A stretch of DNA of 64,000 bases from Octopus bimaculoides (taxonomy: Eukaryota), in assembly GCF_001194135.2 (NCBI RefSeq), contig NC_068990.1, positions 81,339,430-81,403,429 on the forward strand, written 5' to 3'. Each line of letters starts with the position of its first letter. The first letter of the stretch is position 1. Both the position numbers and the translations under genes were made by a program. The notes under the pieces were generated by a model. The model did no database searches. It saw nothing but the letters and a program-made list of their open reading frames with translations, and was not told where the DNA came from. Positions 26,479 through 38,442 of this stretch are shown here, piece by piece.

Positions 26479-27074
26479 TGGGAGCATAAACGACACCTAA
26501 ATCAATTAAAAATCAGACATATAGTAGAAAGGAAAGAAATTCCAATAAAAGTGCCTTACGACATGTTCGATGCGCCAGCACCGAAAAGAGATTGAGCCTA
26601 GAAGGAGCTGTAACAGAAGACGTAAACAGACTAAACCTTTAGAAATAATTCCTAAGTGGAAAAGATACTGAAATAGCTAGGGTAGCAAAATTTCAAAAAG
26701 GAAAAGCTGTTGGAAAGAAAGAATAATAAATAATAAAAAAAAGTTCGTTTCCTACGGAAGTCGAAATCTCAAAAGGGGAGATGTTGTGTCGAGAGTCACT
26801 ACACCCTCCTATGAAAATAGACTTGACCAAACGACTATAAATAGTAGCCGTCTGAGTGAGAAACAGACAGCATTAGTTGTAAGGTGTCGTTTTGGTAGTT
26901 TGTCGGAATATCGTTTGTTGGTTCATGTATAGCTCGTGGGGGGGGGGGATTGTTATGTTGTTGTTATCCTGATTCGTTATATGTTTTATTGTTACTACAC
27001 GGTTATAGTGTGAACAAATATTGTCATAATTAGTGACGATTCTATAATAATTGATGACGAGTAACTATGTTACA
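26479..27074 (+). mobile_element. Ty3/gypsy LTR retrotransposon 3' end: integrase tail, PPT and 3' LTR
   Basis: WEHKRHLNQLKIRH...EIPIKVPYDMFDAP (gypsy integrase C-terminal KRHLNQ motif) from 26479. Polypurine tract aaaaggggaga at 26771-26781. LTR starts TGTTGT at 26782, has ctataaatag TATA-like box at about 26834, and ends TGTTACA at 27074 (TG...CA, about 293 bp). Confidence 0.8.
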
Positions 27075-27098
27075 ATATACATACTTTTATATATATAC

Positions 27099-27153
<55 letters not shown>

Positions 27154-27248
27154 GATAGATATGCAAATAGATAGATAGATAGATAAGATAGATAGATAGA
27201 TACATAGATAGATATATAGAAAAATAGATAGGTAGGTAATACATAGAG

Positions 27249-27329
<81 letters not shown>

Positions 27330-29327
27330 TGTGTGTGTATACATAAGCGCATATATCTGTATATGTATATAAATATATATATACACAAATGTATATATAT
27401 ATGTGTGTGTATATACATGTATATGTTTGTATGCATACATGCATTTGTGTATTTATGTATGAATGTATGTATATAAGAGATTTATGATGTATAATATTAG
27501 AAAAGTATGCACTTAAATAGGATGATAGCCATTAACTGTTCTATTAATTTGAAGGAGTTTTTTACTTTCACTTTTTTATTGGAAATTTGATTTTAATTCT
27601 AAAATTGCTGTGACATTTTCAAAATATTTATCGAAGTGGAAGTAAAAAATTATATTATTGAAATAGGAAACATCTTGGAGATATAGTAATGTGACTTTAT
27701 TGATTATAAAACTTTTATTGACAATAACAAGTAATAAGTTCATTATTTTTTACGATGTGTCATGTTTATTAATTTTCTTCTTTATAGATAAAAGAATTGT
27801 GTTGCTTATTTTTACATTTTAGGGAATTGGGGGGGCGGATATTTAAAAATATTTTTTCCTTTTATTAGTATTGTATATATTAGTTCTGAGTTTTCCGTAC
27901 CTTCTGCAGAAATACCAAGATTAGTTACACATAAATGGTTGACAGTTGACATTTGTTTTTCTATGTTTACGCAACACAATGAAATATCACCATGTTCTTG
28001 ACATTTAGTCTAAAGATTAGATTAAAAGTTTAAAGGAACTTGTCGAAATTATGATCACAGAATTTTAGAAAGAGATGTGGATATAAAAAAAGGGAAAAGA
28101 TGTTTAATGATTGAGAGAAGGAGAGATAGACAGAGCGAACGAGAGGGGAGTTAGAAAGAAAACAGCCAAAAAAAGGAGAGCGCATTTAATTTTGTATTAT
28201 CGATCGAGTGATTAAAATGGAAATGAAATGATGAAAATAAGCAATATAAAGACTATCATACAGCTATTGTCATACAATTGAAGATTTCAACCAAACATAA
28301 GATAAATAATGAGATATCTTTTAGTATAGGATTTCACAAGGCCACACTAATGTCTTTTATCCGAAGCTGTTTACATCACTTAAAAGCAGAGGCGTATCTA
28401 GGGTCGATGGCGCCCAGAGCAAATCAATAATTGACGCCCATATATCCAGTATTCTTTACAATTCTAGCCGAATCCTATTATGATAATCAAACTAGAAACA
28501 CGGTATCATAATTCTAACTTGCATTTAAGAAGATTGTTTTTTGCCAAATGAAAAAGAGTTATATATAAACACATACGAAACTCCTAAATCTATTATTAAT
28601 GCATTTACAAGCAAAACACTACCGAAATAAGTAAACATTTGTGGAAATGAAGTTATACCAATTATACAAAAGTTTAATAAAATGTTTTGAGCACACCTTT
28701 GACCGTTTTTATGAATAATTTTGAGCCTCATCTTAAATCAATAACATTCTTATTTTTGACGATACACAAACATCCTTATCGTCACTTTTGGTTTCAGTTT
28801 CAGTCTGAAGCAATGCTAGAGACAACAAACTTTCCCGGTTTGTCGAGGCTTTCCGATATGAGAAGGCTAATTTAAATTTGCTACAAGATTGCTAACAAGT
28901 GTTAGTTTAGAGTAGAAGAACGAACTACTCTCAAGCGCTAAACATTTCCTTCTCCAATATGAACAACAAACTTGAGGAGTTATTCAATCCTAGCAATCTG
29001 AATCATTCACGACTTTTCAGAAGCTTTTTATAATCAGACTCCTTCGTCAATTCTATAAAACAGTGCAAAGTTGTGACGACTTTTCTTTAAGTAATTTAAG
29101 AACGCTGTTGCATTCATTTGAAACACGCGTTAATCTTCAAGCGTTTAAAATGAAATCCCTGCTCCCAACCTTCCGACTTATAGTGTCTGTATGTGTATAT
29201 GTATATTTCTATCTCCATTCCAATGATTCTTGTCGTTATCGTAATCGTTTTACTCAGGACAGTTCTAATCAAGCTAGATAGGCCTGAAATGTCAGTTTGA
29301 TTGTCAAGCAATATATATTTTGCCTTT

Positions 29328-29655
29328 AAGGCGGCGAGATGGCAGAAACGTTAGCACGCCTTTCGAGGTCGATAAATTAAGTACCAGTTACGCACTGGGG
29401 TCGATGTAATCGACTTAATCCCTTTGTCTGTCCTTGTTTGTCCCCTCTATGTTTAGCCCCTTGTGGGCAATAAAGAAATAAGAAACGTTAGGACGCCGGG
29501 CGAAATGCTTAGCGATATTTCGTCTGATTTACGTTCTGAGTTCAAATTTTGTCGAGGTCGATTTTGCCTCTCATCCTTTCGGGGTCTATAAGTACCAGCT
29601 GCGTACTTCCTCCTCCCCCAAAATTTCGGGCCTTGTGCCTAGAGTAGGAAAGAAT
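29328..29655 (+). mobile_element. Dimeric SINE family A with linker (first unit internally deleted)
   Basis: aaggcggcgagatggcagaaacgttagcacgcc|tttcgaggtcgataaattaagtacc...linker...gaaacgttaggacgccgggcgaaatgc...ggccttgtgcctagagtaggaaagaat. Confidence 0.88.
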
Positions 29656-30869
29656 ATACATTTTGCCTCTCCCTGTTCAAAGATCTTTAACTGGAACCTC
29701 CCACTTTATGGGTTGGAAACCTTTGATTTCCAAAGAAAGTATCATTTATAATGTCTTCAGTGTAGCTACTATCAAAAATGGTGCTAAAACGGCCTTCATC
29801 AAAGGCACCTTACTTTCGTTGTCGCCATCGCTGTTTCCTGAATAGAAGGACTGACTCTGATGCTACAGCAATATATAGTTAGGGTTAGGCTTGGCTTATA
29901 AAATAGCTGTAGGCTTTGTTTCCCTTGGATCTCGACTTACTGCATAGCAGTTATTTGCGTTAAGTAAGCCTGTTGACCATTTTCCAAGTGAACAGAAAGC
30001 TGCTGAATGTTACGATGTCTTCGTATATGGAATGTATCAGAAAGCCTTTTTGTTTCTGAAGAATTTTTTTATTGATAGACTTGGGTAAATTCATCGCATC
30101 TGCCTTTGCTTGCGACAGAACAAATATTGTTGCGTCAGGTCCCTTGCTAATAAATTTGCTGGGATATTTGAATTGCAGGGTATTGATTAAGTCGTAAATG
30201 TTTTTGCAGAAGTGATCTGTTAGAACCATACATCCATTTAAATTTTGTACTGCCCAACCAAAGTTTGGCATCGTTCATCCTTTGATGCACTCCTTCTGTA
30301 AGACGGATATATTTCTTTCTGTAAGAAGGATAGATTCATATTTAGAAACCATGTCAAATTGCTTGCATGTAAAAACCATCAGGCATTTTTTTTTTACATG
30401 CACACATTCTTCAGCCCATGATTCATAGAAACATCTTCTATAGCGGGTTTTTTTTTCCAGAAACTATATTTAGTTCTGACCGTAATCTGAACGGGCATTC
30501 ACGAAATTAGTGTTCCCGTTCAAATTAATTAAAATTGCTGTTATGTCAAATCAGTTTGTGACACTGGGTTTTCACCTTAATCAGGTCTTCATTAATCAAG
30601 ACTTCTGCTAAAGCTTTCACTTTCATACAGAAATCTAGAGGAAAAGGGAAAGACAGGCAAAATGAGGGAGGTGTCAAAAGTATTAAAGTGGTAGTGAGAT
30701 AAAGAAAAAGATACGAGACATAGAGACTGACTGAGCTAGAGAGGGGGGGGGGGTTACGCGGTAAGAAAGAAGAAAATGCATTATGACTGAGAAACAGATA
30801 GACAAAAAGAAGAAAAAGAGAAACAGTAGAAGTAAGAAAGCTTTTAGTGAGGAAAAGGAAGAGGGATAC

Positions 30870-30918
<49 letters not shown>

Positions 30919-31117
30919 TATACTGATTCAACTCTGTGGTGTCGGCTGCCGGTAGCGATTCTATATCAAAACGAGAGAGGTGGAGTAGATAACTATATAC
31001 GCACGAACTTTCTCAAAACTATAATCCATTTACATATATGTGTGTATGTGTGTGTGTATGTATGTATGAACGAATATATGTACGTATGTATATATATATA
31101 TATGCATATATATATAC

Positions 31118-31163
<46 letters not shown>

Positions 31164-31990
31164 AGAGAGAGAAAAACTATTTTCAATCAATTGACTTTTA
31201 TCACCGGACTGTTTCACCATGCATTTTTCTATAATTTTAGTTCTTCTTTGCGCAAATTGGCAACTCGAATGAAAAGATAAAAGAGAAAGGAACTATTTAA
31301 ATCTATATTATGCTGTAATATAATTATAATTCTTCTTTATCATTTAACTTCATTACTCAATTTAAGTTTATTATCTAAATTTTATAGTTTCGTATTATTT
31401 CCTTTTATTTATGTATGATTAAATAAAAGTAAACTGTGACTTTACGAGCTACTTTAAAAATATTGAACAAAACAAATGCCACAATTGTCATTTGCGGCTT
31501 CGGTATAAGCCGTTTTTCTAATACCTCAATTTTAACGGTATTTTATTATTCAATTTGTAACTTTGATATATATACATAAACATGGATGTGTTTGATATAT
31601 ATAAACTTGTGTGTGTGTGTGTGTTAGAGTGTGTGTGTGCGCGTGTGTGTGTGTACAGAGAGGGAGAGAGAGAAAGAGAGAGATTTATATGTGTGAGATT
31701 GTTTTTACACGAACATATTTATACACACATACAAACATTGTGTGTGTGTATATATATGTATATTCTATTTATGTTAATGTGTGTGTGCGTGGGCTCGTGT
31801 GAGCATTTGTATACAGAGAGAGAACGAGAGAATGTGACAGAGATAGTACATCTTCATTTTCAAAAAGGATATATTTTAAATGGAAATATAAATCCATGAT
31901 CTAAAATAGTAATCTGTAAAATTTGACACCTATTGTCCGTACTCTACCTGCCGAATACTAGATACTTCACAGCTTAATTTATAACTTTGG

Positions 31991-32102
31991 CTCTGCGCGC
32001 GTGAGCGAAAGCAGGGTATTTTAATAATTTGTCTTTGTCTGTTTGTCTGTGTGTTTGCAAAATTACTAGAAAAAAAGGCTGAACGGATTTTCACCCCATT
32101 TG
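31991..32102 (+). mobile_element. Fragment of Helentron-like non-autonomous element
   Basis: gcgcgcgtgagcgaaagcagggtatttt...(gtct)n...aaattact...gctgaacggattttcacc matches the typical 5' portion of DINE/HINE-like elements (short hairpin, GTCT microsatellite, gaacggattttca). Confidence 0.45.
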
Positions 32103-33054
32103 ACAGAAATACTCATTGGTGAGTGACTCGAAATAATGAAAATTTGGTTTGATTATCTTCAAACATACATAAATACACACATAGATATGCGACTGTGTGT
32201 GTGTGTGTGTATGTGTGTGTGTGTGCGTGTGTATGTGCGCACGCGTGTGTGTACAATGATGGATTCGAGGGTTTCGTTTATTTACGAAACAATTTCTTAA
32301 TTTCACCGGAGTATAAATACCAATAATGGAGATACTTAAAAAAATAAAATAAAATAAAAAAATAATTTTTAAAAATCGAAATTACAAATGTCCCGATAAG
32401 CATATTATTTATATCCTACAACGAACTAAAGTACGTCTGATTCACTTGCCTTTGTTGAACGACGTTCAAAACACTTCTCAAATTCTATGCAATATTTTCT
32501 ATACGTATTTCATTTTGTTCACTTTCTTTTTCATAATCATGATTATTATTTCTTTCAGTTCAATTAAAAAGAATGGATAAGCAACGCATTCTAAGCCGCA
32601 CTATAATTTGTGAAACAAAATGTATCTGCTCGCAGGGTATTCATCGTACCTCCGATGCCTTTTACTCATTTATTTATGTATTTGTTTATTTATTTATTTA
32701 TTAGTCTCGATGCGTATAACTGTCTATAGACCTTACAAACGGTCTGTGAGTGGTTTCAGGAAGAGTTTTCATAGGAATAAATTTTGGATTCGTGATATTG
32801 ATGATGTAAGACAGATTGATAGTTGAGTTCATGGGACTGGATATGTACTCAGTAAGTACAGAAAAACCTAGGTCATTGTAGATTCTGCAAAATAGGCAGA
32901 GTGAGCAGACAGGTAGATAGCATGATTGCCAGTTAAAGTTTGTAGCTTGTTGGTGAATGCCTGTTTGTTCAGCGGTGTGCGATTTAAGAATAATTGGTGA
33001 CCTTGCTAATTTGTTGCAACTGACAATGTATTTTCACTTTTCTTATTGCCTTAG

Positions 33055-33082
33055 TCGGGAGTAAAGAGCTGGAAGACAATAT
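33055..33082 (+). other. Candidate 28-nt micro-exon
   Basis: Branch-like ctgac at 33020-33024, pyrimidine tract ttttcacttttcttattgccttag, exon tcgggagtaaagagctggaagacaatat, donor gtaagc at 33083. Confidence 0.35.
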
Positions 33083-33235
33083 GTAAGCTTGTTAATTCGG
33101 ACACAACCATCCATCTGAAAGTGAGAAAAAAGAGAAAAAAAGTAGTGTTGACTCTTTGGTCTGGAAAGTGTTTCTCATTTTATTTTTCCCCTAACCAATC
33201 AACAACGTCACTTTTCCGTTTTGCGTCACTTTCAG

Positions 33236-33318
33236 GTAGGAAGCTTCTATGCTTCACTCCATCAGCCACAAATATTGACCAAATGACTTTTATATAATAC
33301 GCCATTGTCTTTAACAAT
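33236..33318 (+). other. Candidate 83-nt exon (stops in all three frames; non-coding or UTR)
   Basis: Branch-like ctaac at 33191-33195, tract ttttccgttttgcgtcactttcag, donor gtaagt at 33319. Confidence 0.35.
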
Positions 33319-33430
33319 GTAAGTAGGGAGATATTAAGTAACATAATCGAAGATAGAAAAGCACAGGATGGTCAAGGCTGGAGCGCTTTTCACAATAAGT
33401 CTGCTACCATCCACTTCTTCACACTCTCAG

Positions 33431-33466
33431 GCGAAAAGCAAAGACAGAAATATTCATGGTTTGTAG
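33431..33466 (+). other. Candidate small exon
   Basis: Acceptor ccacttcttcacactctcag ends at 33430; donor gtaggt at 33463 or 33467. Confidence 0.25.
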
Positions 33467-33644
33467 GTAGGTGGTACTTCGTTTAGCAAACCACCTAAAT
33501 ACGCCTATCTACAACCCATTAATATTTACGTACCAGCTCCAGAAATGCGTTTAATATGTAAATTGGTTTATCCATTAACTTAACACCGCTGCATGTAGTG
33601 ATTATAAAAGCAATGTATTCGGCGGCGAGAATGGATCTAGCTGG

Positions 33645-33690
33645 GTGCTGATGAAAGGGAACGCCCCGCCCCGAAATATGGCATGTACAC
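33645..33690 (+). ncRNA. Putative minimal type I hammerhead ribozyme
   Basis: GUG (33645-47) - CUGAUGA (33648-54) - AA - GGG...CCC helix II (33657-59/33670-72) - GAAA (33673-76) - near-palindromic helix III AUAUG-G-CAUGU (33676-86) - GUA triplet (33685-87) - CAC (33688-90) pairing with GUG. Confidence 0.65.
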
Positions 33691-35062
33691 GAATTACCCA
33701 TTTTTGTCTTCGATCTCATTGTTTGTTTATATCTGACGTTTCGAAACGAAACGTTGCAGCAAAAGTCAGAGCTGGCTATAAGTTCTATCGAATATCTGTA
33801 GAAATGAATTAATCAAACTCTTCTCTCCAAAATGTATTATTGAATTATGCGATAAAATCTTGACGTCATTCACCATTACTTTTCTTTCAAAATTCCGGAT
33901 TTTACACTGGAAAACAATAGTTGCACTCTTGTTAACATACCTAATGTAAGGAAAAGTAGATATTTCAGCTGTTAGTCTGTAGATGTCTCTGTTTTTGTCA
34001 TATCTCAATATTTTCACGTGAACATCATTTTTTATCGAAATTAATGGTAGAAATAAGTTTCTGTGAAGACGAACATATAATTGTTAACTGAAAAAAAAAT
34101 GAAAATAAGATAGATTTATTAGATGCTGTCATATAAACCGTTTCATATGTTAGAAATTTTCTACTCTTAAAAACATTGTGTGTCTTTAAATTAATAATAG
34201 CGAAAAAAAATTTTCGGCTGTAGCACAATTCTCAGACAACACTGTTTTCCAGGACACTAACTTGAATCTATCAACTCTTCTATCGGAAAGAGATTGGAAA
34301 ACGAATATTTAGAGTATATGTATCATAAAAACCATTTCCTATTCTTTTATGGTGAAATCTATCTTTGCATAAAAGAGGCTTGGCAAATAGAAAGCCGCAG
34401 ATAAAACCAGCGTGATGCCGAAATGGGTGTGTCTGTTCTTTCATGGATATAATAAATATTATAATCGAAAGCTGCTTTCTGTCAATTCCATATTTTGCCG
34501 AATGGAATGAAAGTACCAATTCTTGAAGGAGGAATAAGTACATGCATATATANNNNNNNNNNNNNNNNNNNNNNNNNNNNNNNNNNNNNNNNNNNNNNNN
34601 NNNNNNNNNNNNNNNATATATATATATATATATACATGTATATATATGTAGGTATGTATGTATATATACATTTTTACATACGCATATATGTATACACATA
34701 TACATATATGTGTGAGTGTGTGTTTGTGCGTGTGTGTGTGTGTGTGTGGTTCCCTAAGCGTTGTGTACATATTTCACATACATGTAACAAGGCATAAATA
34801 ACTGTGTGTGCAACAAGTATATATGAGTGTGAATATATGAATTATATATCTACATCGATTATTATTGCCAAACGCAAAAACGAATGCACCAGTACACACA
34901 TACGTATATATATATACATATAAAGACACACACACATTCACACATATATATTTACATATTTATATCAGGTATATTTGTGTGTGTGTGCTTGTGTGTGCTT
35001 GTGTGTGTGTGTGTGTGTGTGGGTGTGGGTGTGGGTGTGTGGGTGTGTTTCTGTGTGCGTGC

Positions 35063-35108
<46 letters not shown>

Positions 35109-35472
35109 GTGCATTTGTGTGCCTGTTTGTACTGAATTTACACGCGTTGCTGTAGATGCATTATATCCAAGTCTGAGAGAATACGAACCATTAAATGGCG
35201 TTGGAAAGCAAAACTTGATGTCTTTTTAATGTTCTGAGAGAAGAAATATAAAATTTTAGTTATTTCGCTCCAAACGAATAATACAAATTTTAGAAATGTG
35301 AATCTAGATTTCTAGGAACTGGTCCACTTTTAAATGAAAATTATTAGAAATTTACTAAGGACATGTTTACATGTTTACAGTATAAAATATTCTTAAAGGA
35401 CAGATTATTTAACAGAGAGCAGCATCTACAAAACCCTCGAGAAGTGGGTTGATTGTTAAAACTTTCTGTAAT

Positions 35473-35638
35473 AGGCGCAGGAGTGGCTGTGTGGTAAGTT
35501 GCTTGCTTAACAACCACATGGTTCTGGGTTCAGTCCCCCTACATGGCATCTTGGGCAAGTATCTTCTACTATAGCCTCGGGCCGACCAAAGCCTTGTGAG
35601 TGGATTTGGTAGACGGAAACTGAAAGAAGCCTGTCGTA

Positions 35639-35669
<31 letters not shown>

Positions 35670-35980
35670 NNNNNNNNNNNNNNNNNNNNNNNNNNNNNNN
35701 NNNNNNNNNNNNNNNNNNNNNNNNNNNNNNNNNNNNNNNNATATATGTGTGTGTGTGTGTGTGTTTGTCCCCCCACCATCACTTGACAACCGATGCTGGT
35801 GTGTTCACGTCCCCGTAACCTAGCGGTTCGGCAAAAAGGTACCGATAGAATAAGTACTAGGCTTTACAAAGAATAAATCCTGGGGTCGATTTACTCGACT
35901 AAAGGCGATGCTCCAGCATGGCCACAGTCAAATAACTGAAACAAGTAAAAGAGTAAAAGAGTAAAAGAGTAAAGAGAGTA
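35473..35980 (+). mobile_element. SINE family B, full length, internal microsatellite contains an assembly gap
   Basis: aggcgcaggagtggctgtgtggtaag head; (TA)n-N-(TG)n centre; tail ending (gagtaaaa)n. Confidence 0.92.
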
Positions 35981-36246
35981 ATCCGGGTATGATAATCAGA
36001 GAGTAAAAAGAACGAAAATCAAGGGAATGACAAACAAAATTTTACTATTATTTATAGCTGGTAAAATACAATCAAGAAGCTACGTGAGTCACCGGTCACG
36101 GTTTGTTTCTTATATATATATATATATATATATATAAGCAGGGTCACGAATAGAAAACAGGATGGGCATGTGCCAAGTACATATATCTTTTCTACATGAT
36201 AAATGCTATCATCAACCTCACTTTTGTGGATACAAGTAGCCATGTT

Positions 36247-36351
36247 GACCTAATGACTTTGAAGATGAGGAAATTGCGTGAAGATATCATAGAAATGTGC
36301 GAAATGATTAAAGAGCTAATGGATACAGCCGATAGCGATTACTTTAAACTC
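36247..36351 (+). mobile_element. Decayed CR1/L2-type LINE RT C-terminal fragment
   Basis: DLMTLKMRKLREDIIEMCEMIKELMDTADSDYFKL resembles the L.TLEERRLRGDLIE.YKI..G motif of CR1-group LINEs. Confidence 0.4.
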
Positions 36352-36985
36352 TATGTTATCATTGGCTGAAACTAAAACAGCGAAGAAATTCTGGTTGGAC
36401 TTAAGACAAGTTTTATTTAACCCGTATATGACTGTATTAAAGAAGAATATCCTTCGGAAACAATATCCCGGCGAAACTGATATCACACCATATCATATGA
36501 TATCATTCACATTTATATTTATATGTATGTATATGTAGATACATACATACATACANNNNNNNNNNNNNNNNNNNNNNNNNNNNNNNNNNNNNNNNNNNNN
36601 NNNNNNNNNNNNNNNNNNNNNNNNNNNNNNNNNNNNNNNNNNNNNNNNNNNNNNNNNNNNNNNNNNNNNNNNNNNNNNNNNNNNNNNNNNNNNNNNNNNN
36701 NNNNNNNNNNNNNNNNNNNNNNNNNNNNNNNNNNNNNNNNNNNNNNNNNNNNNNNNNNNNNNNNNNNNNNNNNNNNNNNNNNNNNNNNNNNNNNNNNNNN
36801 NNNNNNNNNNNNNNNNNNNNNNNNNNNNNNNNNNNNNNNNNNNNNNNNNNNNNNNNNNNNNNNNNNNNNNNNNNNNNNNNNNNNNNNNNNNNNNNNNNNN
36901 NNNNNNNNNNNNNNNNNNNNNNNNNNNNNNNNNNNNNNNNNNNNNNNNNNNNNNNNNNNNNNNNNNNNNNNNNNNNNNNNNNNNN

Positions 36986-37037
<52 letters not shown>

Positions 37038-37258
37038 TAGCACATGCATACAAACATATATATATATATATTTCAAGAGAGATAAAAATTCTCGGTACTG
37101 TTAAAGAAGGCAGGGAATCAGCGGAGATGACAACAGGGAATCCTGCTCAAGTAATTGGTTGTTAAGTCTTGCCAACGTGTTAATGGGTTCTGATATTTAT
37201 TCCATCTTAGAAATATATACGAAATATTACAATCATTGCATGTTTACACACACACACT

Positions 37259-37289
<31 letters not shown>

Positions 37290-37436
37290 CACACACACAC
37301 ACACATACACACATACAAATACCTGCATATACATATGCGCATATAAGTACATATGCATATATGTGCACACTTACATAATATATATATATATACATACATT
37401 CGTGCGTACATACAGAGAAATGTCAATGTTCTCTAG

Positions 37437-37507
37437 GTGCATGCGGGACCAGCCATGCTGTCTACCAAGGAGATTATGAAAAACTGCATACGGCTGTGTT
37501 GTTCCGG
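37437..37507 (+). CDS. Candidate internal coding exon of an unidentified gene (strand not certain)
   Basis: Acceptor ttctctag|G, GC-richer non-repetitive island between microsatellites, open frame (G)ACGTSHAVYQGDYEKLHTAVLFR, donor CGG|gtgatg. The minus strand also offers an open frame ending at a gtatgt donor (37413). No homology recognised. Confidence 0.3.
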
Positions 37508-37508
37508 G

Positions 37509-37547
<39 letters not shown>

Positions 37548-37857
37548 CGACGAAGACGACGACGACAACGACGTCGATGATGATAATGATGATGATTATG
37601 ATGACGATGATAATGACGATGATAATGACGATGATGATGATGTTGGTAGTGGTGGTAGTGGTGGTGGCGGCGGTAGTGGTAGTTGCGGTGACGGTTGCGC
37701 CGGTGTGAACGGGTGACTGTGGTGGTACACGGATGAGAGGGGCAACTATTGGCGGTGATGGTGGTGTTGGTGGTGATGGGGGAGAATGATGAGATTAAAG
37801 ATGACAACGACGACGACGACAATGACGACGGTGATGACAATGATGATGATGATGATA

Positions 37858-37899
<42 letters not shown>
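37508..37899. repeat. Compound trinucleotide microsatellite (GAT/GAC/GGT)
   Basis: Directly visible; source of the poly-His, poly-Met, poly-Asp and poly-Ser ORFs in the track. Confidence 0.9.
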
Positions 37900-37901
<2 letters not shown>

Positions 37902-38127
37902 CGTGCAAGAAGTTATATGCTGGATTTAATATTAATAACACTGTGGGTGGTGAGTCATTTATCCAATGTTTTCAGATTTTTTTTTAGTTTTGTCTTTTTT
38001 TTTATTTTTAATCTTCCATTTAAAGAAAGAAAAAAAAAACTACGTGATATGAAAAAATAATGCTGCAGATGGTTATATGTCTCTGGGACGCGTTTTATAG
38101 AATTTGGCTGAAAGCAGTAATTGTCAC

Positions 38128-38402
38128 ACGAGATATTACAATCATTGCATGTTTACACCTACACACNNNNNNNNNNNNNNNNNNNNNNNNNNNNNNNNNN
38201 NNNNNNNNNNNNNNNNNNNNNNNNNNNNNNNNNNNNNNNNNNNNNNNNNNNNNNNNNNNNNNNNNNNNNNNNNNNNNNNNNNNNNNNNNNNNNNNNNNNN
38301 NNNNNNNNNNNNNNNNNNNNNNNNNNNNNNNNNNNNNNNNNNNNNNNNNNNNNNNNNNNNNNNNNNNNNNNNNNNNNNNNNNNNNNNNNNNNNNNNNNNN
38401 NN

Positions 38403-38442
<40 letters not shown>

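Noticed and set aside
29960-30330. 103-aa non-repetitive minus-strand ORF (MPNFGWAVQNL...)
   Set aside because: No recognisable motif, stop just upstream, no convincing splice sites.
33649-33736. Alternative reading as a C/D-box snoRNA (UGAUGA at 33649, CUGA at 33733)
   Set aside because: No terminal stem and no recognisable rRNA antisense element; the three-helix hammerhead fold explains more positions. Not formally excluded without snoscan.
33733-33758. Small hairpin ctgacgtttcg-aaa-cgaaacgttgcag with GAAACGTC on the minus strand
   Set aside because: No CUGANGA core at the required position on either strand; may be part of the same element terminus but cannot be called.
37433-38060. His-rich (minus) and Asp-rich (plus) ORFs resembling beak His-rich or acidic shell-matrix proteins
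   Set aside because: Fully explained by GAT/GAC/GGT microsatellites; no GHG-type motifs or convincing signal peptide.
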